This document shows positions 25,260 through 34,612 of a DNA stretch of 64,000 nucleotides, piece after piece. The translations under genes were made by a program, and so were the position numbers. The notes below the pieces were generated by a model that worked only from the letters and a program-made list of their open reading frames with translations, had not been told where the DNA came from and did not search any database. Location of the stretch: assembly GCA_964578845.1 (NCBI GenBank), contig CAZOEF010000001.1, positions 276,820 through 340,819 of the forward strand, written 5' to 3'. The stretch's first letter is position 1. Every line of letters starts with the position of its first letter. Source of the stretch: Candidatus Woesearchaeota archaeon. Its GTDB lineage: Archaea; Nanobdellota; Nanobdellia; Pacearchaeales; GW2011-AR1.

Positions 25260-26825
25260 ATGGCAAACGAAAGAGTAAAGTCGATAACCAAAATATATTA
25301 TTCTAATCCCAAAATACAGGAAGCGATATTCAATTTTGCTAAAGACAGGGAAACTGTGCCAAGATATGTTGAAGCTTTTGGAAAAAGGCCTGATGCCCTT
25401 CAATATCCGTCTGATGTAATGGGTTTAGTAAACAAGGGGGCGACATCATTCCACGCTTCAGAAGAGTTATGGAAAAATCCCTTGAACCTAAATTCTGATA
25501 TGTCATTATCTGATTTAGCTGAACTGAGAAAATCATGGGATCTTCTTATTGATATTGACTCGCCGTACTTAGACTATTCGAAGATTGCGGCTGAATTGAT
25601 AATTGAAGAGCTGGAAAAGCATGGGATAAATAATTACGGGATAAAATTTTCAGGAAGCAAAGGATTCCATATAATAGTCCCTGCTATAGCATTCCCTGAA
25701 AAATTTGAAGGGGTGGAAACGAGCAAGATGTTTCCTGAATGGCCCAGGGCGATCTCAGAATACTTAATGTATAAAATTAGGTCTAAGTACAATAAGACAA
25801 TTTCCCAGGACAAAATAAACTTTAAGGCTTTAAAAGAGAGGACCAATTTGTCAGAAGAGGACATTACTACAACAGTCTGCCCGAACTGCGGAGGAGAGTC
25901 AAAAAAAGGAGTGCTCGTCACATTTCAATGTGATAGGTGCAAGACAACTATCGAAAGGCCAAATCCTCGATTGACAAAAAGAAAACTGAAATGTTTCGAT
26001 GATACATGTCCAGGATTTTTGGATATTATTTCAGAAAAAGAGCTCTTCTTTTGCGAGAACTGCAAGACTTCTAACCTGAACAAAAAAATGGATTCAGGCA
26101 AAAAAGTGACTTATACTACAGAGGCGAAAAAATCAGCGTATTCTGATGAGTTCAAGCAGGAAACAATGGGCGAAAAAATAGCTTCCCTGGATCTGGTGCT
26201 AGTCGCATCAAGGCACTTGTTCAGGATGCCTTACTCATTGCACGAAAAAACCGCTTTAGCTAGTGTAGTCATAAATAAAGAGGACCTAAAGAATTTCTCT
26301 CCAAAAGACGCTAACCCCCTGAAAATAACTGTAAAGGATTTCTATCCTACATCAGAAAAAAATGAAGCACTCAGGCTGCTAGAGTCTGCACTAAGCTGGA
26401 AAAAAATAAATCAGTCAGAAGAAGAGACAATTAACAAGAAAAAGTATGAGAATTACGGAGACATTGACCTCAAGGGAGTTCCTGAAGAATTATTCCCTAA
26501 GCCCATAAAAATATTATTGAAGGGGCTGAAGGAAGGAAGGAAGAGGGGGCTTTTTGTTTTATTGACTTTCCTAAAGTCTTTGAACTTCCCAGCCCAATAT
26601 ATAAATGACAAAGTCAGGGAATGGAACAAGCTGAACGAACCGCCGCTTAAAGAAGGATATATTAAAAGCCAGATTGAGTGGCACTTGAAACAAAAGAAGA
26701 AGATCCTCCCTCCAAATTATAAGAATGACAATTTTTACAAAGACCTGAAATTGATAGAGACTTATCCTCAGGATAAGAATCCGATTTCTGAAGTCCTCAG
26801 ACAAGCAAGAAAATTACAAGGATAA
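25260..26825 (+). CDS. priS: archaeo-eukaryotic primase catalytic subunit PriS with Zn-ribbon insertion and extra C-terminal helical domain
   Basis: The DxD motif LLIDIDSP and FSGSKGFHIIVP are AEP motifs. CPNCGG...CDRCKT and CFDDTCPG...CENCKT are Cys4 clusters. About 150 extra C-terminal residues. Confidence 0.8.
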   Translation: MANERVKSITKIYYSNPKIQEAIFNFAKDRETVPRYVEAFGKRPDALQYPSDVMGLVNKGATSFHASEELWKNPLNLNSDMSLSDLAELRKSWDLLIDIDSPYLDYSKIAAELIIEELEKHGINNYGIKFSGSKGFHIIVPAIAFPEKFEGVETSKMFPEWPRAISEYLMYKIRSKYNKTISQDKINFKALKERTNLSEEDITTTVCPNCGGESKKGVLVTFQCDRCKTTIERPNPRLTKRKLKCFDDTCPGFLDIISEKELFFCENCKTSNLNKKMDSGKKVTYTTEAKKSAYSDEFKQETMGEKIASLDLVLVASRHLFRMPYSLHEKTALASVVINKEDLKNFSPKDANPLKITVKDFYPTSEKNEALRLLESALSWKKINQSEEETINKKKYENYGDIDLKGVPEELFPKPIKILLKGLKEGRKRGLFVLLTFLKSLNFPAQYINDKVREWNKLNEPPLKEGYIKSQIEWHLKQKKKILPPNYKNDNFYKDLKLIETYPQDKNPISEVLRQARKLQG

Positions 26826-26867
26826 GTCTCCACAAATCTTTTTAAACATCTTCTCATTATAAAAGGC

Positions 26868-28721
26868 ATGAAAAAGGCAGGTGTAGTGATACTTTTGATA
26901 GTGCTTCTATCAGTGCTGGTTTTTGCGCAGAGCAATATAACTAATTCCACTTCTGGTTCGACAACGAGCAGCGGAGAGAGCAAAGGATATCAGTGCTTAG
27001 AGAACATAATTGATGAAAAGGAGCAGGCAGACATTTCATTACAGGAAGCGATATTCTCGACTCTTGCATTAGGATTTGACCAGAAACTGCATGACATTAT
27101 AGAAGATGAAAAAGGAAATAATTGCTGGCCTGGCGATTCTTGCACAGTAAAAGAAACTTCTCAAGTGCTTTTGGCATATGATAGAGAAAAGAGACAGACT
27201 GATAACATAGAAAATTGGCTGCTTACAAAAAACCAGACTGCTACTGAACTGACTTGGTATTTGCAGATCGATATACAGAACCATATTGCTTCACAATGCA
27301 CATTAAGTTATCAGGATTCAGAAAGAACTGTTTCGGTCAATGAAGATATGACTTTATCAGGAAATCCGGGATCGTGCTTTGCAATATCTGATTCTGGATT
27401 CTGGCTAGAGGTAAAGGATAATTGCATTGGAGAGGAATTCAGCATTTCCTGCGACCAGGATTTCGTGACTAGCTTATTATATGAAAGCAGCAGCGCAGAT
27501 ACTATTTTTGTTTCCCCTAATACTAATTCACAATCAAGCCTTGGAACAACAACTGAAAAAGTCAATTCCCAATGCTTTAGTACTGGAGGGGCTTGTGATT
27601 ATGAAGGGACTCTTTGGGCAGCCTTAGCACTAGACAAGGCAGGGCATGAAATAAATTCTTACATGCCTTATTTATTAGCATTAGCAGAAGACAATGCTAA
27701 CCTCATTCCGAGTTCATTCTTATATAAATTAACCAAGAGCGATGACCAATATAACAATTTAATACAGGCACAGCAGCAAGATAAATACTGGCAGGCCGCA
27801 AGCTCGAGATATAATAGATTTTATGACACTTCCCTGGCAATGCTTGCCCTTTATGGAAGCAATGCTGCTGAGTTAACTAATGCCAAGAATTATCTATTAA
27901 GCATTCAGACTCCTGAAGGATGCTGGAACAATAATAACATTAGGGATACGGCATTTATTTTGTATTCAGGGTGGCCAAGAGGAGTTTCAATATCGACTGA
28001 ACCAGGAGGAACAGGAGGAGGGCAGTCCTGTGAATCTGCCAGAAATTATTGTGTAAGCAGCATCATTGCTTGCGCTAACGCAGGAGGAATAAGATCCACG
28101 CAAAGCTGTGACATCGGAATATGCTGCACTGCGGATGTTGCATTGCAATCCTGTTCTGCCCAGAACGGAGTAATATGCTCAGCAGGCCAGACCTGCCAGG
28201 GATCTAATGTTGATTCTCTTGAAGGAAGCTGCTGTATCGGGACATGCTCTGCAGCGACACCTGACGTGACTGAATGCGAATTAGATGGAGGAAATTGTTA
28301 TGCAAGCTGCAATACTAACGAGGAATTAGTAGCTTCAAGTTGCGGTCTTGATTCAGGCGCTGTGTGCTGCAAGCCAAAAACTGTAGAGACTAGTGATTCA
28401 GGAAGTTCATTATGGGTATGGATATTAGTGTTAGTAATATTGATAGGATTAGTTGTTCTTGGAATAGTATATAGGAATAAGCTTCAGCTTATGTTCTTCA
28501 AATGGAAGAGCAAAGGAAAAGGGTCAAGCACACCTGCTAGAGGACCACCACCAGGATATCCTCCAAGAGGGATGCCTCCTAAGCCTATTCAACAAAGGCC
28601 TATGCAAAGGCCTATGCAACCTATGGGAAGGCCTCCACAAATGCCGCCAAGAAGACCAGCTTCACCTGCTGACAAAGAGCTTGATGAGACTCTCAAGAAA
28701 TTAAGGGATATGGGGAAATAA
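26868..28721 (+). CDS. surface protein: alpha/alpha-toroid (prenyltransferase/terpene-cyclase-like repeat) ectodomain, Cys-rich stalk, TM anchor, Pro-rich cytoplasmic tail
   Basis: Signal peptide. Repeats such as NYLLSIQTPEGCWNNNNIRDTAFILYSGW. CCIGTC module, TM helix LWVWILVLVILIGLVVLGIVY and tail PPPGYPPRGMPPKPIQQRPMQRPMQPMGRPPQMPPRRP. Confidence 0.7.
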   Translation: MKKAGVVILLIVLLSVLVFAQSNITNSTSGSTTSSGESKGYQCLENIIDEKEQADISLQEAIFSTLALGFDQKLHDIIEDEKGNNCWPGDSCTVKETSQVLLAYDREKRQTDNIENWLLTKNQTATELTWYLQIDIQNHIASQCTLSYQDSERTVSVNEDMTLSGNPGSCFAISDSGFWLEVKDNCIGEEFSISCDQDFVTSLLYESSSADTIFVSPNTNSQSSLGTTTEKVNSQCFSTGGACDYEGTLWAALALDKAGHEINSYMPYLLALAEDNANLIPSSFLYKLTKSDDQYNNLIQAQQQDKYWQAASSRYNRFYDTSLAMLALYGSNAAELTNAKNYLLSIQTPEGCWNNNNIRDTAFILYSGWPRGVSISTEPGGTGGGQSCESARNYCVSSIIACANAGGIRSTQSCDIGICCTADVALQSCSAQNGVICSAGQTCQGSNVDSLEGSCCIGTCSAATPDVTECELDGGNCYASCNTNEELVASSCGLDSGAVCCKPKTVETSDSGSSLWVWILVLVILIGLVVLGIVYRNKLQLMFFKWKSKGKGSSTPARGPPPGYPPRGMPPKPIQQRPMQRPMQPMGRPPQMPPRRPASPADKELDETLKKLRDMGK

Positions 28722-28844
28722 ATGGAAAGAAGAGAAATTTAATTGTTTGAAAAAATATAAAAAAGACTTAGGTGGTTGATGTTCTGGGTAATATTTTGGG
28801 CTTGGGAATTTCGTCTGGATTAGATAATTTGGTTAGCTAATCTG

Positions 28845-29198
28845 CTATTTCCCGAAAACAATCATTTCTTTCTCTATTATTTTATGTCCTAAGTCGACTG
28901 TAAGAGGAATAGAAATCTCCTTTTGTTTGCCATTGAATTTGGCTTTCAGAATTATATGGATGTAATTCGGCTTGTAGATGACCGACATTGATGCCTGCCC
29001 TATATTCTCCAACAGATTAGTATCAATATTCAGATTCTCACTTACGTTTAGAATTTCCATTCCAGTAATATAACCCCTATTATCTACATCGATTATAAAA
29101 TCTCCAATCTCTATAGATGCTCTCGAGGGTTTTCCTTTCCAAAGATACAAGATATCTGTATCCTTATAGTATTTTATTTCAGTGTTGTTTTCTGCCAT
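28845..29198 (-). CDS. DUF2283-like small protein (candidate antitoxin)
   Basis: YYKDTDILYLW...IIDVDNRGYITGMEILNVSE matches the DUF2283 (YuzE-like) pattern. Confidence 0.6.
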   Translation of the reverse strand: MAENNTEIKYYKDTDILYLWKGKPSRASIEIGDFIIDVDNRGYITGMEILNVSENLNIDTNLLENIGQASMSVIYKPNYIHIILKAKFNGKQKEISIPLTVDLGHKIIEKEMIVFGK

Positions 29199-29485
29199 TT
29201 TCTATCTGTACTCCAAGCCGTGATTATATATAAATGTTCATTATGTATTTCCAAAATAATAACTAAGACGTACTTCCTGCTTAATTTTATTCCTAACCTA
29301 TATCTAATAACTTTCTTGACTTCCTCAATCTGGAAGTCTTTGTAATCATCGTATCTCTTTAAAGCTGAGATTACTAGCCTGTGATTGAGATAGGGTCTCC
29401 TTTTGAAATTATCGCGGAAGTGCCAGTTGAACTTTATTTTATTTATCCGCCTTATTATTTCCTTCTTTAGATCATCTAAATCCAT
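29174..29485 (-). CDS. DUF4258-like small protein (candidate toxin)
   Basis: Overlaps the DUF2283-like gene by 25 nt. FNWHFRDNFKRR...LYIITAWS resembles the DUF4258 H..R..R ... TvY layout. This is a weak call. Confidence 0.4.
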   Translation of the reverse strand: MDLDDLKKEIIRRINKIKFNWHFRDNFKRRPYLNHRLVISALKRYDDYKDFQIEEVKKVIRYRLGIKLSRKYVLVIILEIHNEHLYIITAWSTDRKWQKTTLK

Positions 29486-29585
29486 GAACTAGAATCCTTG
29501 TTTAAGTTAATTAATCAGATTCCCTGAAATGGGATTATCTCAAAAAAATAATCAAATTTATATAACTCTCCTCCTAGAATAAATA

Positions 29586-30779
29586 ATGAAAAAGAGCGGT
29601 TTGATATTATTATTTTTGCTGATCCCATTTGTGTCTGCTATTTCAACTGATATGAAAGAAACTTATCAGCCTGGCGAGACAATGATAATTGAAATAACTG
29701 GAAATATTCTTTCTCCAATTGCTCCTGAAGACATTGAACTAAAGAGGAACAATGTGCAAGTCCCTTTTGTATATGATGTGAAAAGGCTGGCAGATAAGTA
29801 TTTCCTCTACGGGATATTGCCTCAAAATGAAAATAATTATACTCTTTACATCCATGACCTATCTACGACTGAGAATGGAGCAACAGAAGAAATAGATTTT
29901 AACCAAAGCTTTCAGATAGCTGGAAACCTGACTGCTTATTCAATCAATCCTGGATTCATTTCTGCTGAAGATGAAGCTGAAGCTGAATTTAAGATCTTCC
30001 TAAACAGGGATGTTCCAGAAGAAATAACTATTGACTTGCCTAGTGAGTGGACATTTGTTTTGCAGCCTGGAGAAAATACCATAACTATTCCACTTGGTGA
30101 AATTCCTGGAGGGCTTAATTTCATAAATATAGGAACTTATCGAGTGCCTGTTCTTGTTGAAAACAGTAGAGAAGTAGACTCTACAGATATAGGATATATA
30201 GCATTCTATCCGAGAAATATCCAAAGGACTGTCTTAAAGGGAGATGCTGTAAGCTATCCTTTCAGGATAACCAATGAAGGCGATGAGGATAGGGAGATAA
30301 CAATTGAATACGATGATGATATATTTAGGATACAGCCTGAAACCCCGAAAATAATTCCTGCAGGGGAAGATGCTGAGTTCACCCTTGAAGTAATCCATGG
30401 CGACGTTGATATTGATAAGATAATCACTGTTAACTCTGGAGATGAAGCTTATGAATTTGAGGTCGATATAACTTATACAGAAAACGAAAGCGATATCATC
30501 AATCCTAGCTTAAATAACAGCGGAAATTCTGGATATTACTGTTCTGAACTTGGAGGCAATGTGTGTGCTGGAGAAGAGAGCTGCAATGGGGAAGTGCTTC
30601 CATCAATAGATGCACCTAGCTGCTGCATTGGAACATGTGTGCAGGCTGAAAAGACAAGTTATTCATGGATAGGATACCTTATAGCTGCAGTAGTCTTGAT
30701 AATACTAGTCGTTGTCGGCGGAAGATACATGAAGACCAGAAACAACAAAGTAAACCCCTTATCTAAGATTTCTTCTTAG
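29586..30779 (+). CDS. surface protein with CARDB/COG1361-like beta-sandwich domains, CCIGTC stalk module and C-terminal TM anchor
   Basis: Signal peptide MKKSGLILLFLLIPFVSA. FRITNEGDEDREITIEY...AGEDAEFTLEV. APSCCIGTC followed by the TM helix IGYLIAAVVLIILVVVGG. Confidence 0.7.
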   Translation: MKKSGLILLFLLIPFVSAISTDMKETYQPGETMIIEITGNILSPIAPEDIELKRNNVQVPFVYDVKRLADKYFLYGILPQNENNYTLYIHDLSTTENGATEEIDFNQSFQIAGNLTAYSINPGFISAEDEAEAEFKIFLNRDVPEEITIDLPSEWTFVLQPGENTITIPLGEIPGGLNFINIGTYRVPVLVENSREVDSTDIGYIAFYPRNIQRTVLKGDAVSYPFRITNEGDEDREITIEYDDDIFRIQPETPKIIPAGEDAEFTLEVIHGDVDIDKIITVNSGDEAYEFEVDITYTENESDIINPSLNNSGNSGYYCSELGGNVCAGEESCNGEVLPSIDAPSCCIGTCVQAEKTSYSWIGYLIAAVVLIILVVVGGRYMKTRNNKVNPLSKISS

Positions 30780-31293
30780 GTTTAGCCTTTTTAGGTTTTT
30801 CTTTAGGCGCTTTTTGCTCCATAGCTTTCTTTTGCGCTTCAGCTGCCCTCTGATTAATCTTCATTAAATCCTCAAACTTTCCGCCATTTTTCAGGAAGTT
30901 CATCTGCCTTAGAAGAATATCCCTCTCCGCCAAAGCCCCCTTGGCCATCTCATCATACTTGTGAAGTTTTGAGACTAAATAATTCGCAAGTGAATTTATC
31001 TGGTGCGTGTCCAATTTATGCTTTTCAGGCTCATAGACTTCAACGTGAGAAGGCATATATCCCATAATGATATTAAACATATGCTCAATAGTCTCAAATT
31101 CCACATTTACCTCTGCAAAACAAGTGAAGAGATTTGGGACATTCTCTACTTGGGCAGGGTCATGGTACTTCTTATCCAAAAGCTTCACTCCTTTTTCTGA
31201 TCCCATCCTAATGATAAGAGTATTCAATGTTTCCTTCAGATGCTCAGGCGGCCTGCCCATTATTTCTATGATAAGACTAGCTTTTATTTCCAT
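30763..31293 (-). CDS. hypothetical 176-aa protein with Lys-rich C-terminal tail
   Basis: ORF track. No TM helix. C-terminus KAPKEKPKKAKPKKKS. No family recognised. Confidence 0.5.
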   Translation of the reverse strand: MEIKASLIIEIMGRPPEHLKETLNTLIIRMGSEKGVKLLDKKYHDPAQVENVPNLFTCFAEVNVEFETIEHMFNIIMGYMPSHVEVYEPEKHKLDTHQINSLANYLVSKLHKYDEMAKGALAERDILLRQMNFLKNGGKFEDLMKINQRAAEAQKKAMEQKAPKEKPKKAKPKKKS

Positions 31294-31364
31294 TGGAGTC
31301 CTAATAAGAAAGGCGTTTTAAACTTTTGGGATTAGATATTTAAGCATAAAAATTTTATAATTGT

Positions 31365-32468
31365 ATGCAGACAAATACTAAGATAGTGATATTCTCAGGC
31401 ATAGGTTTGTTTATTATGGCAGTAATCGTATTTATCCTATTGCCTTTAAGGGCAAGCCAGTCTCCTCCTATGGATAACCTTGAGGTTTGCAAGACACTTG
31501 AATATAATGGAGAAGGCAAAATAAACATAATGTATTTTGCTGAAGAAAGTGAGGCAAGAGAGTACACTGATTTTTTCCTAAGCACCAACCCATTTAGTGA
31601 ACATAGGGAGGATTTCAATTTTTACTATATTGACGATTACGAACCTGAGTGCGGTACTTACAACGGGATAGCTGTTTTCTGTTATTCCAAAACAATTATC
31701 TCGAAGGCATCTTCCTGCCCTAATGATTATATTGTTGCACTCGATGACCAGAAATCCTCGATAAGAAGCTCTGCATTCCAGAATGTGATGAGCCTTAACT
31801 CAAGGCATAGTTATAGCGTTTTCATTCATGAATTCGGCCATGTTTTTGCAAATCTTGCAGAGGAGTACATCAACAATCAGAGGCCTCAAAGAGGGTCTGA
31901 GAACTGCGTTACTTCATGCGAGGATTTCGGAGAAAATAAAGACGGGTGTTTTGACGGCTGCTCTGATACCTCTTACCTTAGGTCAATTGATGAAGGAGTG
32001 ATGAGGACTTTAAGCACTTCTGATTATGGATTATTTAATTCCCTGTTTATTGAAAGCCTTATTGAAAAGAGAGTTGCTGCAAAATCACCCATAACAGGCA
32101 ACCAAATATCTGAACAGGCATTGTGTGAAGAACAAAAATATAATCTGATTGAATATAATGTAAATGAAGGCGTAAAGGATATTACAGAAGAGACAGGATG
32201 TGCTAGCGGGAGTTACCCTGCCCTAGATGGCCAGTACAGTTATGAGATAACGCAAGACGGGGAAATAATTGAAAGCAGCGGATTAAACATGAAAATAAAT
32301 ACAGATGTCCAAGAGGGTGAAAGCCTGACTGGGGAAGTTTATGATGGAGAGACTGTCTTTATTACAACCACTACAGGGGGAGATACACTTAACATCAAAG
32401 ATGAAGAAGGAAACATTAAGTATTCACAAGATGTCAGGGAGGTCGGAGCTACTCCATGCAGAATATGA
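31365..32468 (+). CDS. exported M64 (IgA-peptidase)-like zinc metallopeptidase
   Basis: N-terminal TM/signal helix. HEFGHVFANLAEEY matches the M64 HEFGHxFxxLxDEY motif. Confidence 0.65.
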   Translation: MQTNTKIVIFSGIGLFIMAVIVFILLPLRASQSPPMDNLEVCKTLEYNGEGKINIMYFAEESEAREYTDFFLSTNPFSEHREDFNFYYIDDYEPECGTYNGIAVFCYSKTIISKASSCPNDYIVALDDQKSSIRSSAFQNVMSLNSRHSYSVFIHEFGHVFANLAEEYINNQRPQRGSENCVTSCEDFGENKDGCFDGCSDTSYLRSIDEGVMRTLSTSDYGLFNSLFIESLIEKRVAAKSPITGNQISEQALCEEQKYNLIEYNVNEGVKDITEETGCASGSYPALDGQYSYEITQDGEIIESSGLNMKINTDVQEGESLTGEVYDGETVFITTTTGGDTLNIKDEEGNIKYSQDVREVGATPCRI

Positions 32469-32920
32469 ATAATAAAGGGCTATCAGATATTGTTGCAGCA
32501 GTTCTACTGATAATGATAGGGGTAGCTGCAGTGTTTATGGTTTATGTTTTTGTCAAGGATAATGTTTCTGATCTAAATTCTCAGTTATCTCCGATAGTTT
32601 CCTGCCTGGAGCTGCAGGAAAACCCGTTTGAGATACTGGATGCTGTTTACCTTGAGGATGAAGGAAAAATAGAAGCGACTATTAGGAGGCCATCTACAGA
32701 CCAATATGTGGAATCCATTGAGTTTTCATTCTCGGGCGATGGAGATGATATTAATTATATGTGCGGCCCAACATGCGGAGGAGCATGCAATATCCAGGAG
32801 GCAGGGCAAGTGAAGACATTCTATTTTAAACTGCAACCTGGAGATACTATTCCTGAAAGAATGACTTTACTGGTCAACAGGAACTGTGAAGTTGACTCTG
32901 AGCTTATGTCTAAGAAATAA
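32456..32920 (+). CDS. archaeal type IV pilin-like protein (class III signal peptide)
   Basis: MNNKGLSDIVAAVLLIMIGVAAVFMVYVF (likely start 32465). Overlaps the peptidase gene. Confidence 0.7.
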   Translation: MQNMNNKGLSDIVAAVLLIMIGVAAVFMVYVFVKDNVSDLNSQLSPIVSCLELQENPFEILDAVYLEDEGKIEATIRRPSTDQYVESIEFSFSGDGDDINYMCGPTCGGACNIQEAGQVKTFYFKLQPGDTIPERMTLLVNRNCEVDSELMSKK

Positions 32921-33676
32921 TACTGCTATAAGGGCAATAGCTACAAATACAAATGCAAAGAATGAATAAACCATCCAATTTCTTAATATTGATTCGTTGC
33001 TTTCAAAAACAGGCTCATTATTTTCTGGAACAGGATGTTCAGGCGGTTCGCTAAGAACTATCGGCGTAGGCTTTTCCTCTATAACAGGTTTAGGCATTCT
33101 GATAGGCTCAGGCTCGTCAGAATCTATTTCTACAGGATCGCTGTCTGAGAGAGGTTCATTAGATGGAGAATTATCTACATTATCTAAATTATGAATACTT
33201 ATATTTTCAATCTCAACAGTGTTATTAGCCGGCTCTGTATTGTTTGTAATATTCTCTATTATTGGCTGAAGAGTTTCGCAGATGTTTTCTTCTCCTTTTG
33301 ACGAATTTCCTATTGACCATGCATCAATACATTTTCCCCATGTTTTTTCGTCATTATCCGGATCCTCCATCACTGGAGTTTCAGCTATTGTTTCATTTTG
33401 GCTTCTAAGGATTATTTTCTCATCCGAGTTATCAAGCCATTGACCTTCCAAATCTATTGCAAGATATCCTGAGAAGACCTCGCTTAAATTATAAACATCT
33501 CCGTCATTATTCTCAAAATAATATCCTGAGAGGTTTACCTCATCTTCTGAAAATAATTCAACCCACTCCCCTCCTGAGTCAGATCCTGCAGGATTTAGCT
33601 CTGCCTCAGTTATCTCTAAAGCGCTTATTAAACTAATAGCCATAAGAATCATAAAAAATAAGGAGGCCGTTTTCAT
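32867..33676 (-). CDS. exported lamin-tail-domain (LTD) protein with C-terminal TM anchor
   Basis: Start chosen at MKTASLFFMILMAISLISA, since the longer ORF-track start overlaps the upstream gene. ITEAELNPAGSDSGGEWVELFS...LSGYYFENNDGD is the LTD signature. C-terminal TM helix VYSFFAFVFVAIALIAVLF. Confidence 0.7.
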   Translation of the reverse strand: MKTASLFFMILMAISLISALEITEAELNPAGSDSGGEWVELFSEDEVNLSGYYFENNDGDVYNLSEVFSGYLAIDLEGQWLDNSDEKIILRSQNETIAETPVMEDPDNDEKTWGKCIDAWSIGNSSKGEENICETLQPIIENITNNTEPANNTVEIENISIHNLDNVDNSPSNEPLSDSDPVEIDSDEPEPIRMPKPVIEEKPTPIVLSEPPEHPVPENNEPVFESNESILRNWMVYSFFAFVFVAIALIAVLFLRHKLRVNFTVPVDQ

Positions 33677-34364
33677 CCATGATGAATATTGAATCCTTGT
33701 CATTATTCCAGACATTCCCTGCCCCCCAATAGACTGCAGTGCTAGTGTCTGTCCCTTTTTCTGAATAGAGCGTGAATTTTTGGGGCATGTCCTTATTAAA
33801 GGTGTAATCTTTTGTGCTTTCATCTTTTACTCTCCATCCTTCTATATCTATATCGCAGTTCTTTTCCAGCAGGAGATACTCTTCTTTTTCCTCCATCTCT
33901 GCTGTTAAACAACCGTAGTATTCTGATTTTTGCCATATTCCTTTTCCACTATTCCTTGCTAATCCTTCCTGCTTCCTGAATTCTTTCAACTCAGCGTCAT
34001 CAACAAGATAAGTATGAGCTAAACCAAGTGAAACTATGCGGAGATTTAAATAAGCCCCCTGAAAATACAACCGTCCCAAAATCCTATCATATACATCTAT
34101 GCCTACAGTCTCTAATTCGACAGACTGATTTAAAAACTGAGAGAGGAAATCCGCAGCTTCTGAAGATTTAGGCCTGTTTTTTTCCGGAGCATTTATATTT
34201 AGCATCCTGACATGCCTCCCATCCTGAAGCTCCACTGTATCTCCATCAAGAACTCTTGTTATTGTTACTGTCTCAAATTCATGAGAAGATGTTAAGAAAA
34301 AATAGATTGCTGCGAATATGATAGTTACAAATAAGGATATTAGAAATGCGTTTCGTTTTTGCAT
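33633..34364 (-). CDS. exported staphylococcal-nuclease (SNase/thermonuclease)-like nuclease fused to an LTD domain
   Basis: N-terminal TM/signal helix. VLDGDTVEL, RMLNINAPE and LGLAHTY are SNase motifs. The C-terminal EGWRVKDES...IFIMDENGLLI is LTD-like. Confidence 0.75.
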   Translation of the reverse strand: MQKRNAFLISLFVTIIFAAIYFFLTSSHEFETVTITRVLDGDTVELQDGRHVRMLNINAPEKNRPKSSEAADFLSQFLNQSVELETVGIDVYDRILGRLYFQGAYLNLRIVSLGLAHTYLVDDAELKEFRKQEGLARNSGKGIWQKSEYYGCLTAEMEEKEEYLLLEKNCDIDIEGWRVKDESTKDYTFNKDMPQKFTLYSEKGTDTSTAVYWGAGNVWNNDKDSIFIMDENGLLIFYDSYGY

Positions 34365-34367
34365 TTT

Positions 34368-34592
34368 TTATCTTTTATCTGAATAAGCTCTATGCGGTGT
34401 GTTCATCAAATCAATTAAGGCCGGAGAATAATGCCCTGAATCACCGTCAAACATCCTTTCCTCATTGACACGTCCCTCATTTACCAAATCCTGTAGAGGG
34501 GAGTTTCCAAATGCAAGCTCACTAGCCTCCACATGACGGTATAAAACTCCATCTGTAGACACATCGTCATATCCAAGATTTTGTGTAGCCAT
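34368..34592 (-). CDS. hypothetical 74-aa protein
   Basis: ORF track only. Co-directional with its neighbours. Confidence 0.35.
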   Translation of the reverse strand: MATQNLGYDDVSTDGVLYRHVEASELAFGNSPLQDLVNEGRVNEERMFDGDSGHYSPALIDLMNTPHRAYSDKR

Positions 34593-34612
34593 TTTGTTAT
34601 TATCTGCATTAC

